61,506 nucleotides of DNA, filler included, from Choristocarpus tenellus KU-1152 (GCA_964200185.2; 12 parts of 12 records of this genome joined end to end with filler, not necessarily neighbours in it); one strand, 5' to 3'; shown: positions 1-13,780, counted from the whole stretch's first letter. The notes: generated from the letters alone by a model not told the origin. A program made the numbers and translations.

Positions 1-129
1 CCCCCCCTGATGAGACTTTTGCAATTGAGAAACCCCTGACCACCTGTCATTACATTGAGATCTGGTTCACGTGGAAAGCCTTGAAGTCTTCTTGGAGACA
101 ATACCACCGTTTTTCTCTCTGGATCTCCC

Positions 130-1640
130 TTCTCACCCTTTGGTTTCTGATCATTCAGTTCTCCAAACATGAGGTTCTTGGGCAATCAATCATCTTCCCA
201 TACACAACAAGAGATCTGCAAATACCATCCCCCCTCTTGCAGATGCACGGATAATATACTCACATCCAATGCTCCTCAGGTCTTCTTGGTACGACATGGG
301 GTGCTCTGCAAATGAAACTTTGTAGGTATTTGCAGTGCTGGGCATGGAGTTGGGTGCAATGGTCCTTTCTTAGTGTCCATGTCATGCATCCATGCAGCAG
401 GTTCTCGAGTAATTTGACTTTTGAGCGTCTGGAACTTTTTCTCAATTTGTGCTTCTAATGCTTGGCAAATGTAATCCTTGGCTGCACCTCTGGAATCGCT
501 GCCAGGCCTTCTGGAAACAAAGTTGGATCTCAGTGGTTGACATCGACGTTATTACCGAGTGAACCTCCGAGACACACAAACTCGGCAATCTGGTGATACC
601 ATTGTCCTCCAGCCTCGATCTGTATTCCTGTGGGGACCTGGAGGTAAAGTAAACGAGAGGTTTACCACCCAGATGTGTATTTCAAGGATGCTGATAAATA
701 TGTGCAAACTTCGACTTTTTCTACAAATGTGTATCGGATATTTTCTGAATTGTGACAGAAGGGTTTCAAACAGTAGAGAAATAAACGCTCTCAAGTCAAA
801 CTTAGAAATATGGGTGAGTTGCAAATGATTGAAAAACAGACTTGGAATGCAAATCGACCAAAACTTTGGTACCTCTCTTTTACTTTGGCTACCTTGGACA
901 TTATCCCATCCTCTTCACTCACACGGCCAGTCCAAATGCTGTTTACACGACTGATGACCATCATTTTGACCAACTCTCTTCAGTCAATGACATTATAGTC
1001 CCTGCATCATCAGCATACAGCATACACCACAACCCCAACATTATTTGTGGAGGTATGTATCTCTTGGTGTCTCCCCTCAAACAAAAGGCCTGATACTTCT
1101 TAACTCTCCTGATGACATAGACAAAATATTCAGGGATACCCTCTTCGGTGCCGAACCTCTGCAGTACAATGGAAAGTACTGGAGTAAAGAAGAGATTAAA
1201 CAGCAACGGGACTAGAACACATCCTCAAAAAAGACCTTGTTCAACATTTAACAATTCTGAGCGTTCCCTATCTGCACACAAGCCCAATTTGGCATGGAAT
1301 TGACGATTGATCGAATTCATCTTAGTCAGCATGCCAAATTTGGTCGGTCTATCCATAGAAGGTCTTGATCGACACAGTCATACGCCTTCTGGAGGTCAGT
1401 GAAACACCTGTACAAAGGGACGTTCTCTTCTTCCCGACTTCCAATAAGGCCTGCCCACTACATCATGTAATTAATGGTCGATCGCCTAGGTCAGAATCTG
1501 CATTACCTCTGTGGTAATAGGTCCTGTTGCTCAACATGATGAGCTCCTAGGCGTCGTGCAACTTTGAAGAGTACTTTTCCAGCACGTGATTCAAGTGAGA
1601 TACCGTAGTTCCCACAATCAGCTCTATTATTCTTGCGGAA
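130..1640 (-). mobile_element. Degenerate non-LTR retrotransposon (RTE-like LINE) reverse transcriptase
   Basis: Minus-strand motifs in LINE RT order, broken by stops and frameshifts: DCGNYGISLESRAGKVL (~1570-1620), LLPQR*CRF*PRRST (~1475-1525), LYRCFTDLQKAYDCVD (~1365-1415), QGL..GCVLVPLLFNLFF (~1190-1240), LWCMLYADDAG (~1000-1030). Boundaries approximate. Confidence 0.9.
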
Positions 1641-2440
1641 GGGTTTTATGACAGTCTTTTGACCGTATACCTTGGCAGGAAGGTGGCTATTACATCATTG
1701 ATGATAGAATGATTGTTTTCATTCGTTTCCTCTCTGACACATCTACAAAATGTCAGCGGTGATAAAAATATAGAATATGATACATGACGATGTGAAGCTT
1801 CCAACGAAAACCAACGTAAATATATTGTAGATTGTAACAACAGAGTTATGAGAGAACTGTATTAGTAGTAGTAGGTAGGTTGGAACAGCGGTAGTTGTCG
1901 ACTACAACCTCATTATTCAGAGCATGACAACTGATAACAACCAGTAGCAGTACGTACTCGTACTGGGGCTTTTAAAATGAAGTATTTATTCATTATTTGA
2001 TAAATAGACGTAATAATTATTTTATTATCATGCCCTCTCACATTTTGCAGATCGTTACATCATCCGTACCATAAATGGTATGCAAACGAAATCCTACTCC
2101 ATCGTTACAGGCTCTACAAATTCTGTAATGATTTTTTCCAACAAAAGATGGCGTGTTCACCATACCATAAAAAGACAAATTTCGACATGGAAATTGTAAC
2201 CTATACTCCATGTTGCTTCCAAGTACTCATGGGTATTGTATGTCACATCAAGGGAACTTGACCTATTTTAACCCCTCAATCCCATTTTACCGCTTAATGT
2301 CCGCCAACTTCGACAGGTCATGATGTTGCCACACCAAGACACACCTCACTCCATACAGATTCCAGTATCTCCCCCTCAGAAAGTCTGTGGTCCACTACTA
2401 ATCCAAGAGATCTCTCGAAGGAGGATTTGCGCCACCAAAC

Positions 2441-3944
2441 ATGCTCAACGTAGACCTGCGAGGCAAGAATGTGATTGTCACAGGTGCCAACACTGGCATG
2501 GGTTACGTCAAAGCCAGAGAGATGGCCAAGATGGGAGCGAAGGTAACCATGGCCTGCCGGAGTGCGGAGCGAGGCCAAGCGGCACTGGACAAACTCCGTG
2601 CAGAAGCTCTGGAGAAGCCTGTGAAGGAGGTGAGGCTGCGAGGCATGACCACGATGGATCTTCAGCCGATTTGTCGTAGGTTGACCCTGAGTACAAAATG
2701 GTGACGCCATAAGACCTCCAGCCCACACCCCCAAAAAGGTTATTTGTTGCCAGATATGTTCTTGTATCCTGGTACTCTTCAGATTGGTTGAGTATACCTG
2801 ATCGTGACATGAGTTTTCTCAATGGTCCGTCAGAGGAATGACTCCTGTCACAATGACACATGTACCTAAATCTGCACTCACCTATATTCTGGTGCTCTGG
2901 AGGGTAGTTCGGACGGTTATGATGTTGTTGGGGATCTTCTCGTGTTGTCACCTATTCCGGGCCTACAAATAGAAAACAACGCCCTTGTGAAGCAGCAAAG
3001 AGAAGGTAAACTTTCTGTGTGAAGGCACGAGATTGTTTAACCCAGCCTTGTATATTGATAGGGTAGCTCGTCAAAATCATGGATACATTCCGCTTGGAAT
3101 TCTTCCTATAGATATGATGTTTATAAGCACTCCTGATACCCCACAACCCAACTTGCAGGGGGTGCCGTTGCATGGAGACCTCACTGACGTTGACGTGTCT
3201 GTAGAGGTGCTTGACCTGGGATCATTCAACTCCATCATTGACTTCAGCCAGCGTGTCAAGGCTTCCGGAGATCCCATTGACATTCTTATGAACAATGCTG
3301 GATTGATGGCTATCCCTGACCGCCGAGAGACTGTGGATGGCATGGAAATGACCGTGGGGGTGAACCACTTTGGTCCACACCTCTTGACTCGCCTTCTGGA
3401 ATCCACCATGCGTGACGGTGGCAGCATCGTTTTCCTTTCGAGTCTTGGACATGCCCAGCCTCCTGGTCAGGCCAAAACTGTTATGTCATGGGACGACATC
3501 AACGCGGAAAAACCTGGCGCCTACAGTCAGTGGATGTCCTACGGACAATCCAAGCTCATGAACATCCTGGACGCCAAGGAGTTCTCGAAGCGACTTGCCC
3601 CTCGTGGTATCACAACATACGCTGTGAATCCTGGTATGGTGAACACCGACCTAACGCGCTATATGACTGACGGAAGCTTAACTTCAAGGTTGACACGCTT
3701 ACTCAAACCCATCCAAGGTTGCATGCTCAAGACTCCACTCAAAGGATCATCCACGGCCCTCAAGTGCGCCTTGGACCCTGCCTTGGGCACAGCAGAACTC
3801 TCTGGAAAGTACTGGTCCGATGAGAAGGAGACCAAGCCGTCAGAGCTTGCATCTGACCCCGCCAATGTACCTCGTCTGTGGAAGGCTACAGAGGAGATTA
3901 TTGAGGCCAAGCTCCACAAAAAGATTGACGAGTTGCTTGCATGA
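2441..3944 (+). CDS. Short-chain dehydrogenase/reductase, retinol dehydrogenase (RDH11/12/WWOX-like) group; exons 2441-2629 and 3159-3944, ~324 aa
   Basis: Exon 1 carries VIVTGANTGMG (GxxxGxG) and MACRS. Donor GAG|GTGAGG at 2630 and acceptor TTGCAG|GGG at 3158 join in phase 0. Exon 2 carries LDLGS, DILMNNAG, VNHFG, YGQSK (YxxxK) and VNPGMVNT, with stop TGA ending at 3944. An in-frame TAA at 2399 lies upstream of the ATG. Confidence 0.93.
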
Positions 3945-6725
3945 GGCTCTGGTGCTGATGGCATCTGGCAATGCATAGTGTACTGTAGCTTGGACCCTCT
4001 TTATACTGTTGTAATTTTGATTGCAAGGAGGGAGTAATCTTGAGTGTTTTTTTGTCCAACCAATATTTGTCTTTCCCATTCTATGGACTTTTCAACCAAC
4101 CCTTGCTTTCATTTGTCTCACCAAACACCAAACCACTACAAGGGTTTATTACCTTCCTGGACATTCTTCCACCAGACAACTTCTTCAAGGCATTTCACCC
4201 CACATGCAGTGACATCTCTTTCACCAGGAAATATCTTCAGTGTCGTTCACCCCGTTTCTGATGGCATCTATTCCGTCGTATATATATTGTTTTGTCATAA
4301 TCATTTGTTTCGGATCATTCACCGTATTCCTGTATTTCATGTACGTTCACCAAAACCTCCTGCGAATACATACAAAAATACTTAAAACATTGGACAGAAT
4401 TACAATTCCTTCCACACACTGATGTTTGTACACTCCCCCATAGCATTAGGAACATTGCATTTACCCATAATTTTTTCTACAATGCTACAACCCATCACAT
4501 ACAGTGTGACCTGGGTTTGGTGACAAGCACTCCCTCAATTCTGTAGGTCATTGGGAGCGTGCTACAGTAGTACACATTCTAGCTTCTATCATACCAATTC
4601 CCAATCCAATTAAACAATTGATCTTAGGCAGGTACAACACCATATTGTATACCTCTGACAGTATATGAGGAACATGTCGTACTATTATGTATTTCTTTCA
4701 CCCTTCACAACTGTGCAACTGACTCAAATATATTTGTATTTATTTCCTGCTGCTTTGACTCGTCCAGCATTTAACTACTCGTTTGTGTATTTCTTTGCGT
4801 GTCTCCGGACATAGACTGCTTTTGTTCATGATGGCGTGTTGTCTCAGACCATACGCTCTCCGTTCCAGAAATAGTAGGAAAATAATGCGTAACAATATTT
4901 TGATCAACGCATCACAGCACTACTACTCTTGCGGATAGTATGGAACTCTTCACTGTATGCAGTACAGACTCTGTTGTAGTATTATTATATGGGTAGCGTT
5001 AAATGTGTTCCCTTATAGCTTCTTTCCCTCCCCATATTTACTGTAACTCCTGCAAAGTGACAGTGGACATGTCATACTATCATTACTTTTTCTCTGTAAC
5101 TCCTTACTCTTGTTTGACCCTGTGTAAACGAAAACTGTATATTTTCAATGAACTTTTCGTTCAAAATGCAGATCTGATTCCTGCCTCCTGTGTGTGCCCT
5201 GTGTAATTACTTTTCTATGAGGATTTGAAAGCTTGAATCGAAATCACACACACAAGGTTATTACTTACTACTACTACTACTACTATGGAGAACTATAATA
5301 AGACTAAGGCTGCCCTGCCACTACTGCCAAAGGCAATAAATAAGTAAGAGAAGTTCGATTTTGTCGAAGTTGCCAGATATGGAGAAGGAAGGGAAGCGAA
5401 AGGTATGGCCCTGGGCAATAATATAATATTGTCCATAAATAGACGGATAACCCGATTTCTACACCTCCACTCTTAGAGGTGTACTGTAGAGTACGACAAC
5501 AATATGAAGGCAGGGTGTGTAAACGAGGAAGAGTTCTATGAGTCGGGTCAGGTCCGTTGTCCCAGTGTTATCATGGTGTATTGATGACTGAATATCGAAA
5601 TTGTACTTTACAATATTTACAGTTGCGTTCCCATATTGTGGCGAACGCAATAAGGGGTAGGTAGTTGAGGGTGGTAGTAACAGCGAACACCTGAATTTTT
5701 GCATTGCCCTTGTCATGCGGTTGTGTTGTCCCTACTTCGAATTTCTATCTCAAATCCATGTCTCACTATAGTGAATGAAATGTTGGAGCACACGAAAAAT
5801 ACAAGGGGCGGATTGGATGGGCGGTCAAGGTGATCCATATCGACAGACCAATCAATCACTCTGCAAGACCTGTGGTTCCCTCAGGTCACCACCTGACACT
5901 ATAATAAATCATTACTCACTATGAGAACAGAACATCCTGTCAACAATGTAATAATAGACTTGAAAGCAATAGGAAGGACAGTACCTGCTTTCGCCCCTCC
6001 CTGAAAATTTGAGCATATTGTGAGTGGACATAAAATGGTATTACCGAACAATTAGTACTGGACTAGCAGTAACAGTAGCTCTATATATTGAGTTATTTAT
6101 GGCTCAGTCGGTGACCAGTTTGATGAAGTAGCACCTACCTATCATAATCTCTAGAGCACCATCGTACTTGAGACAACTGAAGCAGGAAACGATGTGCATT
6201 TAATTGTGGGTTAATCAGAATACAGTACACTACTGTACTGGAGTGCTGCTACCACTGTTTAACTTCATAAATGGATAGTAAGCATGCACGGTTCTAGGAA
6301 AAATACCATTTTCTGCTGTAAAGTCAAGTCGCAAGGAGGTGGACCACACAGTAGTACCTGAAAAACCTCACTGAGGCACCACAAGCTTACATTCTGGAGA
6401 TGAAAACAATCTTGGATTTACTCTGGTTGGTGCAAAGGAAATGATAATGGCAGGTGACAACGAGAGCTAAATTGTACAGCATACTGTTGGTGTAGATGTG
6501 TATGATTGCTTTTTAGATTATGCTAGTACCACCATTAATAGAGACCTATCAGTTTTGCTCGTATGTGGCATCAAGCTCCTAATGCACAGTCATATGTTCA
6601 AGTTTGAATTGTGCTCCTACTAAGATTGGTGGAAGACCTTGTGTTGTCTGGAATACCTAAACCCAACACAGAAAGTGCCACACACACTCAACACCTTACA
6701 TTGACCCAAAGTATCCGGGAGGGGG

Positions 6726-6825
6726 NNNNNNNNNNNNNNNNNNNNNNNNNNNNNNNNNNNNNNNNNNNNTTAATTAATTAANNNNNNNNNNNNNNNNNNN
6801 NNNNNNNNNNNNNNNNNNNNNNNNN
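6726..6825. other. Artificial contig-joining spacer N~44-TTAATTAATTAA-N~44 (assembly artefact, 11 copies)
   Basis: The same spacer, with TAA in all six frames, occurs at 6726-6825, 14787-14886, 17629-17728, 21157-21255, 30686-30785, 34707-34806, 37469-37568, 48252-48351, 51534-51633, 54333-54432 and 57257-57356. Confidence 0.98.
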
Positions 6826-6864
<39 letters not shown>

Positions 6865-7184
6865 GGGAATTGTGCACAGTACCCCTCAAAGCTGTGTGTG
6901 CACATTGGCAGTGTGTCAGTGGTAAGACTATTGCCATGCTACAAACAGTGGCATCAGCAGGATACAATAGTTCAATATCTATAGGGATAAGCGGTGTGAG
7001 GATGAATACGACCAAAGAAGGACTACTCTGATACATGCTTTTGTGTAAAATTTGAGGACACCATGAAGGGCACACATCTCAACCCTCCCCCACTCCAACG
7101 CTAGAGACCCAAGTGCCAATAATGTCGAAATTCACATGGCAAACCGCACAAACAATAGTACGACGATATTTCTTCCCTGCTCAC

Positions 7185-8441
7185 CTTTACAAACTACGCG
7201 AGCAGTTTTTCCCAACATGAGATGGTTCTTGGCGACCAAAATCTTCCCCTCCACAGTTCCGCAGATGAGGGCCACGTCACACACCACCGTACCAGTCACT
7301 GTCCCCCCTGTGAAGCCAGTAGCCATTAGGCAGTGTTAGGGTGAAGGATGATAATTACTTTGATGAAAGAGTCCTTTTGTTTGGTTTTCTTTCAAAATAA
7401 AAGTTGCCTGGAGGTGGTGGGAAGGGGGAGAAGAGCATGTATTGGAGAGTAGGCAATGAAAAGAAAGACCTTGTGTAAAAAAAATCTAATATGGCTAGAT
7501 GTGTATCCTTTCACTAAACGTAAAGACAACACCTTACGCAAGACCTGACGGACACCACAGCTGTTTTCTGCACGGGAAGGCAACTACAATATTTGACGTT
7601 CATCACTTCTTAAACATACACGCATAATAGGGGATTGAGAAAAAAAGATGCAACAAAATATATAGTTGACAGGAGGATACCGTAGTTTACAATTTCTAAG
7701 TAGTCTACATACTTTCTTACTTAGACTTAATTAAACGATTAGTTGCTACTTGCTTTCTACTTGTCTTCTTTGTTTCCTCTGCCCACCCAAAAACACATCA
7801 CCACAAGAATAAGATATTGATCGATTACTATAGGCCTAGCTATCGACAAGACACTCATTGCAAAAATGTTAACATAACGTGCCCAAATGACTCTCATCAT
7901 CATGGCGCAGAGGTTTAGACTTGTTTCTCCTACCAATCCACTACAATTGTACGTATACATACGAACTAATATATAACGTAAAAATTGAATATGTGGATGA
8001 TTTACATGTACTACGTAGTTTCTGAACATCATGCATGCTAGGCATCACATGGGCTTGTCAAACAGTGCAGCAGAATATTTGGTGGTCAGTGCCTGTTTTA
8101 CCATCGCTTCTACCACCCATATCAATGAAATTGACGTAATTTCTTGTTCACTACAGTTAAGTTACATGTGCATCTACAGATACAACAATATTGATGGAAT
8201 AGGATATAAATGTATGTATATGAAACACACACATCAACTCACCATAGGCGACGTAGAGCGTTCTGACAGTTAAGTCTCCCTCTATGCACCCACCACAAAC
8301 AACAATGTCGCATGTACACATCGTCAACCCTAAGAGACTCGTACCCTCCCCAACAACAAGGGAGGTGTTGCCAGTCTGTGGAGGCAATCGGGGATCCTTG
8401 AGCATCTTGGAATAAATGTCACCATCGGATAGTTGGTCACC
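7185..8441 (-). CDS. Bactofilin-domain (polymer-forming cytoskeletal, CcmA-like) protein; internal exons 8441-8243 and 7307-7185, partial gene
   Basis: Splice sites: acceptor CAACAG|GGT (8441), donor TATG|GTGAGT (8242, phase 1), acceptor TTCACAG|GG (7307, phase 1), donor AAAG|GTGAGC (7184). Joined peptide ...TSLVVGEGTSLLGLTMCTCDIVVCGGCIEGDLTVRTLYVAYGGTVTGTVVCDVALICGTVEGKILVAKNHLMLGKTARVVCK shows the repeating GxVxGxI beta-helix pattern of bactofilins. Confidence 0.8.
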
Positions 8442-8755
8442 CTGTTGCTTGCAGTTGAGTGAAAGTAAGCAATGGATAATCAGGGTATCAAGGCAATGTT
8501 ATGTTGGCCGCAAAATTATTGAATCTTCTAAATCAGAAGCACAAAATAGAGCGCATACGTACAAAACGTGTGTCTGTATCTGTGCCTATATCAATCCCAA
8601 CTGAGAAACCTGAAACAAAGAATACAACCAAGTACAAATATCCTTCCTCGAGTAAATCTTCTCCTACTCTTAGAATGAAAACCAAGATACGCAATTTATG
8701 TTAATATGTGAGATACAACATACCATTCCAACAAGGACTGGGCAGGGCACAATCA

Positions 8756-8935
8756 GGCTCAAAATATCTGGGGGAGGGTGGCGGCTGTCCATTTGGGGCC
8801 AATTTTTTCGTGTCGCGATTTTTGGGTGATTTGATTCTATATGTCGGATGGATCATTAGAGTGCACTTCTCCTGGTAATGGCCCAAATGGACACCCTGGT
8901 GTAGACCCCCCTTCCTCTCCCAGATACTTTGGGTC
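8756..8935 (-). mobile_element. ~180-bp MITE family A, full copy
   Basis: TIRs GGCTCAAAATATCTGGGGG ... CCCAGATACTTTGGGTC; the internal sequence matches the copies at 17788, 32820, 40694, 45647 and 48079. Confidence 0.9.
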
Positions 8936-9059
8936 ATCATGCACACACAGGATACTTGACCCTATATCGGATAGGAAATCTACAGTACAAGTTCAATTAC
9001 AGAGAATACTACACGACCACTCTGCACTCCTTCCTAGTTGTGTGACAGGATGACGATCC

Positions 9060-9790
9060 AGGAGTTGAAATGTTTGACTTAAGAAAATTAATGGGAAATA
9101 TTAATACAATAGGTGAGTTTTCCACGTGAGAAATTGCAGGAGTGCGACACACCCCATGACTACAGATTTGAAAATATGGGGCTCCAGAATTACTTATTTC
9201 ATTATGTCTGTCTCAACTGCCTCTTTAGTAACCACAGCCAAGGTGAAGATCCTCTAAAAAGCACTATCTGAAATAGACCGAAAGCACCCTATTAGTGACA
9301 ATTTCACATCAGGCACAGCAGCTGCAGTGCCGCGTAACTTATTCACGTCGAGAAATGATGAATATATGTGATCTATAAATACTTGGGGAGGAGTGAATAT
9401 TGAATATTCTATGATGCACAGAAAAGCAACCAAGAACTCAGCTTCAAGAAGTCAATGATTAGCAAGTTAATATATAACAGGCTCTCATTGTACTATATAT
9501 ATTCTGGTGTAAAGTCAGTATGGTACTGTACCTTATTTCTATCCATGACGGAACCATCGCGAATGATCTCTCCCCATATATCATTGGCATCATCGTCATC
9601 AAAGTCCAAACTATCAAGGAGCAAGAGAAGCGATTGGTGATGAAAGGGGCCGTGGAGCAAGAAGATTACATTGTAGTTCACCGGTGTCGTCGCAAATGTA
9701 TTATCTGTACAACCAAGAACGGTGTGAAGTATGTGCCTTCTGAAAAGATATCAGCAAATGCATGTGCTGGAGAGGTGTTTTTGTTTTGAG
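9060..9790 (+). mobile_element. Degenerate piggyBac-like transposase relic
   Basis: Remnants in the expected order: DNFTSG (~9297, cf. DNxYTS), frameshifted YKYLG-GVNI (~9373-9402, cf. YNxxMGGVD) and C-terminal RRKCIIC (~9690). Confidence 0.45.
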
Positions 9791-12700
9791 TAATATCACT
9801 TCTTCTATTTGACACTAAGAAGGGAATGGAGTATAGCATGGTGGTCGAGGTTGGTGATGGGGGGGCTTGTGGGTCGGGTTTGGGGATGAAGTGACAGGAT
9901 AGACAAGGGATTTGGGTTGAATCGGTTGGCAAAAGTCAATATAGGGAAAAGGTTATGGTGTTGAAGATTCACAATTACAAACTAGTATCAGAATACAATA
10001 ATACAAAGAAATGTAAATGCCAGGTACACTCTACTAGTATGGTCTCGTAACGTGACAATTTTCGGATCATTTCGAACGAAGGATCTATCCCCTACAACTT
10101 CTTCTGCACCCACTACGCACCCTCCTATAGGTACCAAAGTTTCTGGGCTAGTTGGCAGTCGGTGAAAGATTTAAATATTCACAACTCGACAAGTTGGGTT
10201 CAGCACCTCTGCCACTACCCTCCGCACCATAATTCGCCGTTACTGATTAGAGGATGTCGACACTCGGGACTCCGTCACCTTTCCTCTGTCGCTTGACCGT
10301 CATCCTCATCTTGTCCTGGACTCTTAGTTGCCTTCAACTTTAGTTCTAACCCGTCTTCCTTCGAAACAGAGGGGTGTGCCTGCTGGGGATTGGTTGGATT
10401 TGCTTTCAAAACTCCTTTCTCGATTCCTTGACTGGTTCTCAGTTCGTAAGGTCGGGGTGCACAGCAGAAAGTTCCAGCAACCTTGTTATCGTTATGTCGC
10501 TTCAGTCTACCATTTGAGTAGAGCACAGGGGGTCGCAGGAAGTGAAGAGAGGATCTTGGGTCGGTCAATCATTTTTGGTTGCCCATATGGTGTGCGAGGT
10601 TCCTGTGGGGTTTATAAACCAAGGAGAGAATATTCCCAATCTGGAGTCGTACGTGGAAGGGGTAGGAGATACCTCCTGTCCGCTGCTGTTAATCACATTG
10701 GCAAAGTTGGATAAGAATCAACAAAGAAGGAGTCGTCCCATCGCAAGGTGGGCAAGCACTGGATAATTCAATTGTAGGCCCAGAGGATGACACAGTTGAA
10801 GCATGTATTATCTTAGCAATATACCAAACGTGAAGGGGATCAAACCACCATATAACAAAGCAGTACCTATGGGACGTAGTTTGACACACCTGCAAAGCTC
10901 AGGGGGACCAGTTAAGCCATCCTGTAACAGAACAGGCACTCGGCTCGGGATAGTCTGGAGGGTCGATGCAATCCTCCCTGCCTCCTTTGAGGCAACAGGT
11001 AGCAGTCCACCAATTTCTACTCCTCCACCAGACATCAACAACACGGGTGGGCTCACTTGCGTACTGCGTACTCGAGACACCTGCAACATACACACTTCCT
11101 CGCGTTTGAAAAATGTCCGCGTCTATTTTCTGGGGGGAAAATCGTGCGCTACAGTAGGTTCGTAAACTACAAATACACTATATATAACTGTTGCAGGTTG
11201 TAGTGACGTGTGGGTGTGGTGTGATGTTGGGCATTGACCAGCAACACTGACACTCTTCTTGATAAACTCGACCAAGCAGAAGCTATTCTTCGGTAGAGAG
11301 AAGGGGTCTCAATTATCCATGGCAAATATATAACCATACATATTTGTCATCATTGTCAGTATAAATATTATTGTGATGTGGAGATTTTCAAGGTACGTTA
11401 GGTAATATATAGTAGGCAAAAAGACAAACCAATATCACAAACCCCCTGTTATTGGGAGAGGGGATATTGTCAGAATATTATTATGCCCTCAGACATTTAC
11501 AGATGCTCTGATCAGTATTTATTATTCGATTCCCCTACTATTTCTTCTTCAACTTCTGGCGATACCATAAGGCTGGAAGAGGAATCTATATATTTTTATT
11601 CCCTCTCACCTATTTTTCAGATGTGTCAGGGGAAAAACAATGAAAAGCCAATTCACTTTAATAAGAACTCACCTAAAATTGACAGTCATAAATGTGAAAG
11701 GCATTTTTCTATTCACTATTTGACTACCAGCTATGCTACACTACTCCTCTCCTATCACGTGCCTCCAACCCAGCTTAGTCCTACACCACAGGGCGAGGAC
11801 CTAGGAAAGCATCCCAAGAACCTGACAGGCCCCTCCTTGGTCATCTCTCTGGTTTCTCCAACTTAAAACGTAAAAAAAAAAATGTTCAAGTGATACAACT
11901 CCCCAAAGTTACTCTCCCAAAATCGAGAAATTTCTGGAGTAAAAATATGTATTGACGCCATGGGTATCTTCCTAAAATAATTAATAAGAATCTATTTCAA
12001 GTACGTTATATATTATATTATATTATGTATACTACAGGGGTGTACTGTAATAATAGTACTTGGGTACATTGTAGAGTAGTATTTTTGAACTTCAATAGGG
12101 TAGTAGAGGTCAAGTAGAAACTAAACGTCGAAGACCTGTCTGTGTATTATGTGGAACATAATCATATTATCAATATTGTCTAAGAACATAACTACTCGAT
12201 TAACAAAGAGGGGTTTACCTATGTTGAATACCAAAGGAGTTTAGTAGAGAAGTCCAGTGCAAGATCCTCATCATTGTTCTCCTTTGTTTCCATCTGATAT
12301 AATGCCCCTGGGCAAAGTGGCAACTATGTGAACAACAGAACCAGGCTTGACAGGGGATGTAATTTTGCTGTTCCACTTCTCACTGGCTCTTGGTGCAGAA
12401 GAAAGTAGAGAGCCTGCGAGGTGAACCTCATTGATCGTTTCGTTGATAGGGATCATGCCATTGGGCTTAGACATGATTGCCTGTCTGTCACCGTACTCCT
12501 GGTTGGTGATATCGCTCTCCCCTAGAGAATCAGTGCAAGCACTCATATACAATTTGTCACCCTCTCACTGTAATTGTCCACAAGAATGCACTAGTCAAAC
12601 ACACATTTATGGAAGAGCATTGTGATCCTTGTCAGATTGGAGGAGAACTCAGGCATTGTGGGTAGTTGTACCGCTCCCATGGTCTGCAGATTGTGGCGCA

Positions 12701-13582
12701 TAATGGAAACCATTATAATGGTCTGTGGATAGGTGCCATGCATAGGAATTGTGTTTTGGTGGTGCTTGTAGTTCTCGATAAAGTTGGGTCAATCAGCATA
12801 TTGTTCCCTGCAAGGTTGGCGAGGTTGATATCATGGTGCTTCTTCTGTCGTTTAGCAAGTCAATGGTGTTCCTGGTACTATTTTTAGGTGGGGGGGAGGG
12901 GATGGCAGTATGCTGCAAGATGTAAGTTGGTGGGATGCATAGGGAGCACTTGCAGGCACAAGAAAATGAGGAAGAAAAGCTGAGAGCTTAACTTGTGTGC
13001 GAAGGTCTTAACCTCGTGGTAGAATGTTTTCATTGTGTGCCTCGACGTGGAATCTGTTCAAACGAGACATTTTCCGTTAGTATGGCTTCCTCCCTTTAAT
13101 TGTTGGGTCTCAGGCGTGCCCCAAAACCTCGACATTTTTTATGTCTTGATGATTTATCAATTTAGCATTTGTTTCTAGAATACACTCACAACAGTCTCTC
13201 CAAGTGGAACTCCAAACCAGGTTGAGATTGGAAGTGACCATGTGGGACACACCCTAGTAAGTCTGTAGAGCACCTCTCAACATAAACACCTCCAACTGGT
13301 CTGCAAGAGCTTACTCTCTGAATCCTCTCAACGTTTTTTATTACTCCAAAGAACAATTCAACAATGCCCAAACATGTACTCTGATCCGTGGTTCATGATA
13401 TCTCCCCTGTTGGTTCCGGTTACGTCCAAATCAGATAACCAATCTACTGCTTTTGTTTAGAAAACCAAATGACTTTGCTTTATTCTACATTCATCAAGGC
13501 AACAATTTGTCGTTCAAATGACTCCAACTCCAGCACCTTGGTGAGCATGTGAGCAGCATGCTGGTGCTTTGTCCTCATGTAG

Positions 13583-13780
13583 ATGATGTGGATCATAGGC
13601 ACCTGTGTCGGGAAGTCATGGAAAGACAAAGGAGAAGCAACACTTACTTGGTACACAGGGAAAATGTTTGCTTCCAAGTCACCATACTGGAGGGTACGTT
13701 ACGAGGATGAGATTGGGAGGAACTCAATTGATTTCAACAGGAGAGAAATAAATGAGTTGCTTCTCTCAAGAGTCGCACAG
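13583..13780 (+). pseudogene. Tudor-like domain fragment, probably the C-terminus of a decayed retroelement polyprotein
   Basis: WYTGKMFASKSPYWRVRYEDE...DFNRREINELL resembles the YxGxV...YxVxYEDGDxE Tudor-like pattern; the flanks have no intact frame. Confidence 0.4.

Noticed and set aside
3033-3158. N-terminal extension of the 303-aa SDR ORF
   Set aside because: It is intronic; the Rossmann motif lies in the upstream exon spliced to 3159.
6770-6781. Recurrent TTAATTAATTAA palindrome between N runs
   Set aside because: The context is the same in all 11 cases; it is a synthetic six-frame-stop linker used to join contigs.
6865-6978. Possible third bactofilin exon (CTATAG|AT ATT GAA...)
   Set aside because: The phase fits but the peptide (DIELLYPADATVCSM) does not continue the beta-helix pattern; unresolved.
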